From the NCBI GenBank assembly GCA_002269645.1, contig NIVC01000670.1:226315-290314 (forward strand): DNA of 64,000 nucleotides, in the 5' to 3' direction. The position numbers were made by a program, and so were the translations under genes. This DNA is from Macrostomum lignano (lineage: Eukaryota). This document shows positions 31,060 to 41,939 of the stretch, piece by piece (position 1 is the stretch's first letter; the number at the start of each line of letters is the position of its first letter). Under the pieces are notes generated by a model, which did no database searches, was not told where the DNA came from, and saw nothing but the letters and a program-made list of their open reading frames with translations.

Positions 31060-31232
31060 CATGGGCGGTGGGAGCTTGCGGCACCAGAGGCATGTGCCCC
31101 CCCCCCCAGAAAATGAGTCCATGTGGTAATTTTTAGTGCTTTTTCTGATTTTAGGCCCCAATTAGCAGCTTATAAAGGTACCTGTGCCCCCTTGCCCTGT
31201 CCGGTGCCCCCCCCCCTTAAATATTGCCCCTG
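31060..31232. mobile_element. hAT-type MITE (173 bp)
   Basis: Termini CATGGGCG/GCCCCTG; perfect 8-bp TSD CTACCCAG at 31052-31059 and 31233-31240. Confidence 0.75.
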
Positions 31233-32279
31233 CTACCCAGCCCACCTATCTATTGTCGTATTGAAGTAGGGAGTAAGGGGCCAAAGGCCTATTCTAATTT
31301 CATGAAGTTTAAAAATTGAAGTCAAGTCAGATTATCATCAATGAAGTCTAAAAATTGAAAACAAATCAAATGACCAACACAAGCAAGCTGTAATAGTGTG
31401 TGTCGACTGTCGACCCCGATCTAGCCTGGATCAATGACCGGTTTTTCAGAGTCCTTTCCAGTTCCCAAATCGTACTTTAAAATCCCGCCGTAACGGAATA
31501 TGTTACAATACATATTAAAACAAATGTTTACTGCTTTAAGAATAAAGTTGACATTAACGTTTTTTAAAATGAATAAAATACAATATTATTCAAACGTTTT
31601 CTCGTTTTATTTATATTTTTTGGTAGAAACAAGTACTATTATGGAGACGAATATTCAAAAAACCACGGTTCGATCTCGGAGCAGCTCGATCTATCATTAT
31701 CGTTGTATGTGATAATGTGACGATAACAATATGAAGTAAGAACTCTTCTAAATATGATAAAAATTAAAAATTAAATGTAGAATGAATAAACAAAGAAACT
31801 AGTAGACATTTATAAAAAAATGTTTCGTTCTTTTTACACTTGATAAAGACAGTAGTTAACTACAATTAAGTTAACTACAATTACTTTGAACTCAAAAATA
31901 TTGTGGTAAATTAATAAATTAACTAATAGCAATTCAAATAATGGTTTCAATTGACGCTAAAAAATTCGTAAAAGTTAAAGGTCCTTATAAAACATGGGTT
32001 TTGAATATTACATATGAAATAAAAATATTGAGATAAAAATATAAGATAGGATACATGTAATTTATAAGATTATGATGTTACTTCTCCAGAAGAATGCATG
32101 TAATTGTCGTAAAAATTCTATCAATAACTTAATACAGTCAATACGTAAATTAATCCAACAGTGCACCTTGAATTGATGAATTGTGATTTCTCTATAGACC
32201 TTACAAATCTAATTGATCAAATATTAAACATGTGTAAATATGTTGCACAATTAGATGTAATTCTTAACTTGCATGTGAT

Positions 32280-32515
32280 CAGGGGCGTGAGCGCGTCGCT
32301 ATGGATTTTATGGTGGGGGATCGGGACAAAGTCAAGAATTCTAGGTGATGAAATTCCTACATTATTTTTTATATCGGTGTTTTTAACACTCAATTTTATT
32401 GCCAAACAGACACTCATTTTGTTCGCTTTTTCATAGCTTTCACTCAGACCAGGGGGGGACATTGCACAGTTGTCCCGATGTCAGCCCCTGTCCCGCGTGG
32501 TGACGCGGGCCCTTG
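32280..32515. mobile_element. hAT-type MITE (236 bp)
   Basis: Starts CAGGGGCG; 8-bp TSD CATGTGAT at 32272-32279 and 32516-32523. Confidence 0.75.
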
Positions 32516-32778
32516 CATGTGATTATGCATTTAAAGGTACAATTTCGTAAAATGAAACAATGTACAAGCTGGAAGCAATTGCATATGAATTCAGTCTGTA
32601 CGCGCCAGCATGAACCTCGGAAAAATAGGAAATTAAAGGAGTTACAACTCCGAGGGGCCAAGACCTTTCACGACTCTGTGAAAGGTCTCGGCCTTTACTC
32701 GGCATTTTTTAGGGTTTTTAATTATTATGGCATTTGATTCAGTGCTAAGAGTAACACTTTCTTTTGTCCTACGAACCT

Positions 32779-34590
32779 CCCGGCGGTAAAAATCTCGTCG
32801 AAATGACGTCGATATTCGCCTTTCAAAACTTGCGACAAATGAGTAGTCGTTTGAACCTTCATTCGACGTCGAAATTTCGATATGAAATTTTTATCCTCGT
32901 TTTTGCAGAAATGATTATTAGTGATATTTAAAAAAAATTTTTTTCAACGTGATTTTCAGTGTATTGAAAGGATCAATAAGTTCAGTAAAACGGACACAAT
33001 ATTTTTTTGTTTCAACGCATCGCGAGATACACCTTTTTTAAATTATCGCCATGCTGAATGTCGATCTATTATTTGTCAATTGCAGACTTCCAAATTATTT
33101 TACTGCGATCCATACGTATATCTTTAACGTAAATTTTCTGTAACACACATGGAAATTCATATTCTTTCATTGCGTTTCATTTTTTTCGCTAATTAATTAA
33201 TGGGATATACAATTTATGCATTTAAAGTTCGATGTTTTATAATACTGTTGCCTATAGGACGGATAGGTTTAACCGTTTTACCCTTTTATACAGGATAAGC
33301 GAATTAATAATAAAGTAGCCATAAATTAGCAACTTTTTACGTTTTAGCACAGCTTATTGGAAATGAATAATAGTGTAATATTTAATAAACAATATATATT
33401 AACTTTTATAAATGTAATAAAAGCACAATTCTATAGCTAAAAGAATATTTAGTTATGAAATTTTTTATGAAATTTAAGACGTAAGTATAATTTTAGCTTA
33501 AATAGTATATATAATTATCCCATTTAAACATTAATTATTTCATTATTCATTCTAATATATGTTTGTTACATTCTAAATAAAAGCATAGCCCAACCCATAG
33601 CTGCTCATGAAATAGCTAGAACAGCTATAGCATTTAAGTACCCTATCACCAGCATCTAGAGCATGAATTACTACTCATACTATAATTATCTATTTTTTTC
33701 TATGTAATGAAAACAGGATATACTATGTAACTATGCTATAAAAATTTTTATAAATGCTCTATATGGCCCAGGAATATATAGAACATTGTATAGTATATTT
33801 TACTTGTTTAGTAAAGCCGCTGCTTATATTCTACCAAAAATTCATGCAAATGCCCCTCTGTCAACTCGGCGGCTGAGGACGTCCTACGTGACCGCGCAGG
33901 ACGCTTTTTAAGGGCCACTAAAAAGCTGAATTTCTGTGTGGAGTAACCGCGCAGACGCCGTTGATTTTCAGTGTTTCCCTTTCACGATTCCAATTTGTTG
34001 AATTAATGTAGTTGCATTTGTTACCATTGTTGCTCCTCATTTTTCCATCGTCTATTTTCTATTCTTAATAGCTTTGATGCTATTTCCATGATCGTTTCCA
34101 TATTTGCTGGTGAATTGAATACACTGTTTTTCATGGTTGCGGGATAATAGGATCTGGTTTGGATAGCAAATGAAACGTCATACAGCCTTGCTTGGCATTT
34201 TATGCTTAAACATTTCTTTCCTATTAAGGTAGATTAGTGACTTTAGTGTATGGGTTAACATTTATGTTTCGTCAGCTTAGTTCGTTTGTAGTTCGTACAT
34301 GTAGTTCGTCAGTTTATGACTATTGTATAAAAATAATGTACTACAGTTATATTATCAATATTAATTAGTATATGTAGATAAAAAATCGTCACTTTGTCGA
34401 AAATCGCCATCTACTTGCGGTCATCAAAAATATGAACGACGTCGACTTTTCGCCATCAATAGTGGAAAACGCGACGTCGCACACTCTACATCTGATGGCG
34501 AAAATTTCGACGTCGAAATCGTGGTTCAAATCGACATGAAATTTCGACGTCGCTTTTCGACGTCATTTCGACGTGATTTTTACCGCCGGG
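32779..34590. mobile_element. CMC/EnSpm-type non-autonomous element (1.8 kb)
   Basis: About 34-bp TIR CCCGGCGGTAAAAATC(T/A)CGTCGAAATGACGTCGA; 2-bp TSD CT; subterminal CGACGTCG repeats; AT-rich interior; inserted into a LINE relic. Confidence 0.88.
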
Positions 34591-34878
34591 CTGTCGAGTC
34601 CCCAGCAGCTAGTTGACGCCATCATATCGCTGTATGGTGATATGTCAGCTCCGCTGGGATATCGGCTCGCTGGTCATGCCAGCGCCTCGGTCTTTCAGCG
34701 TGTCGACAAATAGGCCGACGCTTTGATGCCACCTCGACCAACCTTAATCTAGCGCTGTGCGCCATCAACAGTTGAGGACAGGAGTGTGAGGTCGTCGGCG
34801 TAGCCCAGAACCGCTCAGGCGCTTCTCGTTGTGGCGGCGACCGATGTGTCTGCGCAGCAGGAAGCGCCGTCGCCTGCT

Positions 34879-37800
34879 TGTAAAGTCTGAAGGCCGCGTG
34901 TTAAGCTGAGCGAGAAAAATAAATCACGGGGCCCAAACTGGCCAGTTAGCGATATATATATATTTGAGGTTTTATGCGTACAAATCAATAATACGGCGTA
35001 CATGACTCATGCGACACAAGATGTACATTTATAATATAACTCACTCGCCTATTTAGAACAAATTGATAATAATATTGCGAGGCAATTACACTTCTCCCCA
35101 AAAACGAAAAAGCTCAAAAATGCGGATTAAAAGGATAAGGAAAAAGGAATAAAACATTAAGGGTAAAAAAACATTTGTCTCAGCCCTTAGCACCAGTTAC
35201 CCGTCAAAACCCGTCAAACTCTGTAGCTGATAGGCTTGTCCTTGGCCGCTCTCGGGTGCGGCCTCTCAGCAATGCCGCGCTCCGGCGAGGCGGCGCCAGC
35301 GTCCGCTTCTGGTGGTGGGTCCTCGGTCGCTGTCAGAGGCCGGATGTGCGTCAGGTGGCGAGTGCATGTCCGGTCGCCTTGCCGCAGGACGTAGGAATCG
35401 CCTCGCTTGTCAGTGACGGTCCAGGGTTCGAGCTCGAAAGGCGTTTGAATTTTCGTGCGTCTCGTCCGCTTGCGGAGAACCGCCGAACCCGGCTTGACAT
35501 TGGCTGCCTTGGCCCTCCTGGAGCGGTTGAAACCTGCTGCCATCTGGTTGTTGTAGGCCTCGTGGCGCTTTGCGAGTTCGGCTCGGTCGTGCTGCACAGG
35601 TTGCGATGGTTGGATTGACGGGAGGCCGTCGTTGAGAGCTCGGCCCATGAGCAGTTCGGCTGGTGCCACGCCGGTTACCGAGTGCGGAGTGACGCGATGA
35701 GCGAGCAGCCAGTCGTCGAGTGCGGTGCGCCAGTTGCGTCCTTCTGCGATGGCCGCTCTGATGACCTTGTTGATGCACCTGTTGACTCGCTCGGTCGCTC
35801 CGTTCGCCTCGGGGTGCAGCGGACAGATCCGGCGATGCTTGATGCCGAACTCTGAGAGGAAGTTTGTGAATTCTGCCGAGTTAAACGGAGGTCCATTGTC
35901 GCTGACGATTTCCAACGGGATGCCGTATCTGCTAAACAGAGTCCGGAGATGCGGAAGCACTGCCTCTGCTGATGTTGAGCTGACTATGTCAACCTCGGGA
36001 AATTTTGAAAAGAGATCGGTTGTCACCAGGAGCATTTTCCCTTGGACTGGGCCGTAAAAGTCCATTCCAAGAACCAGCCATGCTCCGTCCGGAAGTTGCG
36101 ACGGTGAGAGTGGTGGCGGTGCGAGGCTCTTCGGCGATGTCGCTTGGCAGGGGAAGCAAGACTGGACGAACGTCTGGTAGTCGCTTCTCATCGCTGGCCA
36201 CCATACTTTGGTTTGCAGTCTGTCCATAGTTTTTCGGCAGCATTGGTGGCCTGCATGTGCCAGCTGGAGCACCGTCCGACGTAAGCTGCTCGGGATCACG
36301 ATCAACGAGCTCCGTAGTAGCACGCCGTCATGTTCTGAAAGCTCCTGCTGCAGGCAGGACAAAGCTCGAAGATCTCTGTTCTGCTTGTCCCATTGGCCAG
36401 TTCGTAGAGCTGATAGAGCTGCTTGGATCGTGCCGTCTGACTTTGAAGCCTCCTGAATTGTTGCAAAGTTCAGTCCTTTCGGAGTAGAGCCGATGGCGAC
36501 TGCGTTAATGAAGCGTCTGTCCAGGAGTTCCCCGGGGTTGTCCTTTGTCTGCATTTCAGGTTGTCTACTGAGGACATCCGCTGGATTCTGTGGCCCCGGC
36601 TGATAGATGAGCTTGAATTTGAGGTGCTGCACTCTTAAAGCCATCCGTTCAATCCTTGGTGGAGGCCTGGAACCAGGTTGAAAAAGCGGGACTAATGGGC
36701 GGTGATCCGTGATGACTGTGAGATCTGAGCAGCCGCTGAGGTAGTACTCGAAACGTAGGCACCCGAATTTCACCGCAAGCGCCTCGCGTTCAATTTGAGC
36801 GTATCGCTGCTCAACTGGCGTGAGCGACCTGCTGGCGAAGGCGACCGGTTTGCGAACGCCTTTCTCATCCACTTGGCTGAGAATGGCACCCAGGCCGACT
36901 GGCGAGGCGTCCACATGAACTTCTGTTGGGAGATTCACGTCAAAGAAGGCCAGGACGCTCTCATTGCAGATCGCTGCTCTTGTTTGCAGGAATGCTTTTT
37001 GTTGCCTTTCTGACCAGCACCATTTATGACCTTTTTTTAGCAGTTCTCGCATTGGCTGCGTCAGATCTGAGAAGTTCGGAACGAACCTGGACAGGTAGGT
37101 GGCCAAACCGAGGAATGAGCGCAGCTCTGACACATTTGTTGGCTCCTTAAAGTCTTTGACGGCCTTGATCTTCTCGGCTGCAGGCTGAACGCCTCGTGCG
37201 CTGATGCGCATACCAAGAAAATTGATGAAAGGCTGTGCCAGGCGACACTTGTTCGGATTGAGTGTGATTCCATGGTCTTGTAGGCGCTTGAAGCACTGTT
37301 TTAGTCGGATGTTGTGCTCTTCCATCGTGCTCGCAAAGACGGTGATGTCATCGTGTGCCCATCGGACACCGTCAAGGCCGCTCAGGACGCCTGTCATAAC
37401 CCTTTGCAATATCTCGGATGCGTTGGTGAATCCCATGCTGAGTCTGGTCAGTCGCATGAGACCCAGTGGGGTGCTGAAGGTGAAGACGTGACGGGATTCC
37501 GGTTTGACAAGAATTTGGTGGAAAGCCTTTACGATGTCGAGCTCGCTGAATACCGTGGAACCCGCCATTTCGTCCGTGATCTCCTCAAAGGTTGGGATGG
37601 GCTGCTTTTCTGGCACGGCAAATGAGTTGACGTCGCGCAGGTCTTGGCAGATGCGGATGCCACCGCCTTCTTTCGGGACGACAACCATGCGGGAGACCCA
37701 CGGTGACGGGCCGTTGACGCGCTCGATGATTCCTTGGTCGAGGAGAGCCTGAAGTTCCGCGATGACCGCCGACCGCTGGTGTACGGGAACTCTGGAGGGT

Positions 37801-39473
37801 GGGTGACAGACTGGGACAGCTTCTGGTCGAAGACGAACGTCGACCTCGACGCCCTTAACGCAGCCAAGGCCTTCGAAGATTGACTTAAACTCACCAAGGA
37901 TGCTGCTGATGCGGAGTTCGGTTGGAAGATCTTGGTCGACATCTCTGTACTTGGAGAACAGCTCTTGAATACCTGATGCGGCTAGATTTTCCGTGGGCTG
38001 CACCGAGTTGACTTCAACTGTTGGATGTTGGATGTGCAGAATTCCCATGTTGAAAGCGGTTTCTCGACCGAGTAGTGTGGTTCCACAGCCTTTGGTGATG
38101 TAGAATGAAGCTAGTTGTCTGCTAGCTGCGGTGCTCACGTTGAGGTCGGCGACACCCAGGACTTGGAGAGGCGTTGTGGACCCGTAGCTGAAAATTGGAT
38201 GGATGGCGCTGCGCAGTCGAACATTTCTTAGCCGCCGGAAGTTCTCCTCGCTCATGACGTTGCAGCTGGCTCCACTATCCACGAGTACGATGAAGTCCTT
38301 GCCCTCGATCCTCAGATTAGTGTTGGCGGAGTTGCGTCTGGGTGCCGTTTTTTGCGACTGGATAGTGAAGGCCTCCTCATTTAGCGAATCGTGATCGATG
38401 AAGACCGCCTCAGCTTCTTTGTCCGCTACGGCGTTGATGCTGGAGCTTGTTTGAGGCCTGCGTTGTCTGCATGCTTTGGCGAGATGGTTTGGCTTGCCGC
38501 ATGCCAGGCAGGTTTTGCCTTTTGCCGCGTTGCATGAGCTGTGCCCGCGTTCGCCGCATCGATAGCAGCTGGTTGGGCCGCTGTTTGCTTGGCCACCAGG
38601 GACCCGCTGACTGTTCGGGCGCGTTCCGCTGTCTCTGAACTGCTTCGGTGCCGCTCTGTGCACTGCTGCGATGCTACTGGAGTTCTCAATGGCCGTGGCC
38701 TGCTCTTCTGCTGCTTCAAACGCGCGCGCTTGTCTCAACGCATCGCCGAGAGAGATGTTGGACTCCTGCAGCAATCTTCGCCGAAGTTTATCGGAGCAGC
38801 ATGTCGCCACTATCTGATCTCTGATTAGGGAGTCCTTGAGTGCTGAGAACTCGCATGTCTCGGCCGCTGAGTTGAGTCGGGAGTACCAGGAGTCCACTGG
38901 CTCTCCGGTTTGCTGAACGCATAGACGAAACTGATAGCGGGCAAATACGATGTTGTTGCGCTCCTTGAAGTGCTCTTTTATTGCTGCGAGCAGAGTTTCG
39001 AGGCTGTCTTTCTTGTCATCTGGCAGGTCTTTAATGATTTGCGCGATTTCTCTGCCGGCCGTGTAGGCCAGGAGCTTGCACTTCTGAGTTTCGTCTTTGA
39101 TGCCTGACGCTTCGATAAAGTCACAAAAATGATCGGACCATTTGTTCCAGCGTTTACCGGCATTCTGTTGATCTGCACTAGTGCTGAATTGCTCAGGGGG
39201 TGGCAGTGAGATGAATTGAGCCATGAGTGACTGGACCAAGTGGGCTTGCTTGCGACGCCACTGTAAAGTCTGAAGGCCGCGTGTTAAGCTGAGCGAGAAA
39301 AATAAATCACGGGGCCCAAACTGGCCAGTTAGCGATATATATATATTTGAGGTTTTATGCGTACAAATCAATAATACGGCGTACATGACTCATGCGACAC
39401 AAGATGTACATTTATAATATAACTCACTCGCCTATTTAGAACAAATTGATAATAATATTGCGAGGCAATTACA
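34879..39473 (-). mobile_element. Intact Gypsy/Ty3 (Mag-like) LTR retrotransposon, 4595 bp
   Basis: 212-bp LTRs (34879-35090, 39262-39473) TG..CA, no differences seen; 5-bp TSD CTGCT; PBS TGGCGTCGCAAGC (39260-39248); PPT GGGGAGAAG (35099-35091). Confidence 0.97.
35214..39224 (-). CDS. Single-ORF Gag-Pol, 1336 aa (2x CCHC, protease, RT, RNase H, integrase)
   Basis: CYRCGERGH...C and CLACGKPNHLAKAC; VDSGAS; RT WAHDD; RNase H EREALA; integrase HAGHQ..CFPC, MDF, SDNGPPF, NGATER; no stops or frameshifts. Confidence 0.95.
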   Translation of the reverse strand: MAQFISLPPPEQFSTSADQQNAGKRWNKWSDHFCDFIEASGIKDETQKCKLLAYTAGREIAQIIKDLPDDKKDSLETLLAAIKEHFKERNNIVFARYQFRLCVQQTGEPVDSWYSRLNSAAETCEFSALKDSLIRDQIVATCCSDKLRRRLLQESNISLGDALRQARAFEAAEEQATAIENSSSIAAVHRAAPKQFRDSGTRPNSQRVPGGQANSGPTSCYRCGERGHSSCNAAKGKTCLACGKPNHLAKACRQRRPQTSSSINAVADKEAEAVFIDHDSLNEEAFTIQSQKTAPRRNSANTNLRIEGKDFIVLVDSGASCNVMSEENFRRLRNVRLRSAIHPIFSYGSTTPLQVLGVADLNVSTAASRQLASFYITKGCGTTLLGRETAFNMGILHIQHPTVEVNSVQPTENLAASGIQELFSKYRDVDQDLPTELRISSILGEFKSIFEGLGCVKGVEVDVRLRPEAVPVCHPPSRVPVHQRSAVIAELQALLDQGIIERVNGPSPWVSRMVVVPKEGGGIRICQDLRDVNSFAVPEKQPIPTFEEITDEMAGSTVFSELDIVKAFHQILVKPESRHVFTFSTPLGLMRLTRLSMGFTNASEILQRVMTGVLSGLDGVRWAHDDITVFASTMEEHNIRLKQCFKRLQDHGITLNPNKCRLAQPFINFLGMRISARGVQPAAEKIKAVKDFKEPTNVSELRSFLGLATYLSRFVPNFSDLTQPMRELLKKGHKWCWSERQQKAFLQTRAAICNESVLAFFDVNLPTEVHVDASPVGLGAILSQVDEKGVRKPVAFASRSLTPVEQRYAQIEREALAVKFGCLRFEYYLSGCSDLTVITDHRPLVPLFQPGSRPPPRIERMALRVQHLKFKLIYQPGPQNPADVLSRQPEMQTKDNPGELLDRRFINAVAIGSTPKGLNFATIQEASKSDGTIQAALSALRTGQWDKQNRDLRALSCLQQELSEHDGVLLRSSLIVIPSSLRRTVLQLAHAGHQCCRKTMDRLQTKVWWPAMRSDYQTFVQSCFPCQATSPKSLAPPPLSPSQLPDGAWLVLGMDFYGPVQGKMLLVTTDLFSKFPEVDIVSSTSAEAVLPHLRTLFSRYGIPLEIVSDNGPPFNSAEFTNFLSEFGIKHRRICPLHPEANGATERVNRCINKVIRAAIAEGRNWRTALDDWLLAHRVTPHSVTGVAPAELLMGRALNDGLPSIQPSQPVQHDRAELAKRHEAYNNQMAAGFNRSRRAKAANVKPGSAVLRKRTRRTKIQTPFELEPWTVTDKRGDSYVLRQGDRTCTRHLTHIRPLTATEDPPPEADAGAASPERGIAERPHPRAAKDKPISYRV

Positions 39474-39861
39474 CTGCTGAAGGGGGTCCGTTCCGAAGCT
39501 GCACAATCCATGCCAGGAGCAGCACGAAGAGGAACGGCGCTAGAATGTGTCGCTCTGTGTAGCACTCCTAAACGAAGTTTCAGACAGGTCAGACAAGCCG
39601 TCTGCCGTCACCACAGCGTAATGCCGCGGCGCAGACGGGCAGACGACCAACCTCGCGCGCTGTCAGCGGTTCACCTCAACGGTCTGATGCCCAACGTTGA
39701 GGACAAAATTCGGCGACGCAGATCTAGATCGAGAGGACTTGCCTGGACGGCCTACCGGTCGATTCGCGCCATCCTTCAGTCCAAAGCGCTGCCCGATCGT
39801 CAGAGGGCTCGGCTGTTGAGACCGTGTTGCTCGACAACGCTGCAGAGACGTGGATGTTCAA

Positions 39862-40193
39862 GGGACGCTAGAATTCGCGCTACTGGATTTTGCGCTAATT
39901 GTCTTCTGCGCACCAGGATTTTGCGCGAATCGGATGATTTTAGGCGACTTGAAATTGAATTCGACTGCATCATTTCTCGCGACGTACATGTACTTCAAGC
40001 GACTAGATTTCGCGCGACTGAATTTCGCGCAACCGGATTTAGATCGACTGGATTTAAATCCAGTCGTGTGAAATCCAGTCGCTAGAAAGAAGCCGCGCCC
40101 TTTAATTCCAGGTCGTTCGATTTCCAGTCGCGCAAATGCAGTCGCTCGAATGCCAGATCGCGCGAAATCCAGTCGCACGAATTCTAGCGTCCC
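39862..40193. mobile_element. MITE with GGG termini (332 bp)
   Basis: 16-bp TIR GGGACGCTAGAATTCG; imperfect 8-9-bp TSD GATGTT(C)AA; internal CTGGATTT/AAATCCAG repeats; splits the LINE relic at T-W-M-L-T. Confidence 0.8.
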
Positions 40194-40671
40194 GATGTTA
40201 ACGGCCACGCTGGAGCAACAGCTAAATAAACAATTGGATCACTCGGCCCGCGGGGCTGCTCCATGCGTTCAGGCTGACAAAAGCGTCCTGTCCAAGGATG
40301 TACCATCCTGCAGCGAGACGGCGACTCCAACTGACAGGCGCTACGTGATCCGGGCGATTGCCCTAGCCTGTCCAGGGCATCCTGCCGCTCACTTTGCTAG
40401 AACAGTTCAGGCGGGCTCAAGCGACCGAGGACACGGAGATACGTGGACTGCATCCTGAGCAACGTTGGGGCGCCCGACACTGTCGATCAATGGGCCAGAC
40501 AATTGATTATTCGCCTGATGGCGCTTCGACATGTCATCTGACGCTCCCTCCACTGACTACTGGGGCGACTGCGTATTTTTTGTTGCTGTTGTTCTATAAT
40601 TACCGACGAGTATAAGCTGGTTATTTTACAAATTCGAAGTTACAAACCCTTAGTTACGAAATCGTACATTT

Positions 40672-40975
40672 CTGACGTTTCAACATCACGCTATGCAAGA
40701 TTGGAGACCTGCACTGAAGCAACAGTAAGGTCTGTGAAGCTGATTTTTTATATAAACGCAGATTTCAGATGGTAAATTGCAAAAATAAAATTGGTTATCA
40801 GTTGTTGTTTGGTATTTCGTAGTTCCAGGGGTAGAATGATTTGGCCTGTATGCGAAATTCTGCAGTTACTGACGTTTCAACATCACGCTATGCAAGATTG
40901 GAGACCTGCACTGAAGCAACAGTAAGGTCTGTGAAGCTGATTTTTTACATATACACAGATTTCAGATGGTAAATT
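40672..40975 (+). repeat. Direct duplication of about 105 bp (offset about 197)
   Basis: CTGACGTTTCAACATCACGCTATGCAAG...CAGATGGTAAATT occurs twice. Confidence 0.9.
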
Positions 40976-41939
40976 TGAGTTTCGACTAAAAAATCGTTTT
41001 ACATTCAAGTGTTTTCTGCTAAATCGATCTTTTTGTTATTTTTATCTTATCGGGAACTGGAACTGAAAAACCGGTCATCCTGGATCAAATAGATATAAAA
41101 TCAATTAAAGGAGATTTTGAAAATGTCTGTTAAGACTTACATAAATTATGAAATATTCTCTAGATTTTTTAAATACATCTTATAACTAGTATTTGACATT
41201 TGATAATAACTTATAAGCACATTTAATACAGTTTTTAGGCTTCTTTTGTTTTAACACGCAAAAACGATAATTTAGATCTGACCGCTTTTTAATACGAATT
41301 GACATAACCTTACTGCAGAGAATATTGTATTTTTATCTTACTTAATGACTCACGACCAAGACATAATGTAAATTATAGCCTTTCTATTATGTCTTAAGTT
41401 TAATCGAAATTCATTAAAGACGTGACACAAGCTAGATCAGCAGGCCCTGAGACTTCAATGTATCTAAATATTAAGCTTTTATTAATAATCATGTTTGCGG
41501 CTTAGATTTAAAGTCCATGTTGCCTGTTTCGTCAGAAATTTTTTCACCAGGTTCTTGTAATCTTTTATTTTGTTTTAGCAATATAGATCAAATAATTCAA
41601 ACAATCACACGAACTAAATTTTAAAAAATCAGCACTTTCTCGCGTCGTGCGCATTTAATAATAATCCATGGCTTTAAAATTACATTAAAATGCTTCAGTT
41701 TAACTAACTACTGCACTGAAAGTAGCTTACACGCAAATGTGCTGAGTAGCCCATCTAGAATAATTATGAGCGTAATTGTGTATTCCTATACTTTAAATTA
41801 AAAAAAGCATAACAAAATCATTTATAAGATTCCTATGCAATATAAAATCATGTCACAAAAGGGTTTTTAACTAAACATACAATAAAAGAAGGAGGGGATC
41901 GGTGTAAAAGGCAGGAATTATAATTAACTCGTGGACGGC

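Larger units (their letters stand above)
32760..40600 (+). mobile_element. Second, fragmented RTE-like LINE copy (pieces 32760-32778, 34591-34878, 39479-39861, 40194-40600) with an internal inversion
   Basis: Homologous to 7920-8990: + strand PQQLVDAIISLYGD; - strand LAPFLFVLLL and FLLRRHIGRRHNEKRL...GYADD; + strand QSKALPDRQRARL; degenerate (TTG)n tail near 40580. Confidence 0.85.
31434..41078. mobile_element. TIR element with 9-bp TSD (Mutator-like), host of several nested insertions
   Basis: Left ATGACCGGTTTTTCAG..TCCAGTTCCC, right GGGAACTGGAACTGAAAAACCGGTCAT; TSD CCTGGATCA at 31425-31433 and 41079-41087. Superfamily inferred from TSD length only. Confidence 0.7.

Noticed and set aside
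34642-39620. Classical twin-priming 5' inversion
   Set aside because: A forward-oriented 5' LINE piece precedes the inverted block.
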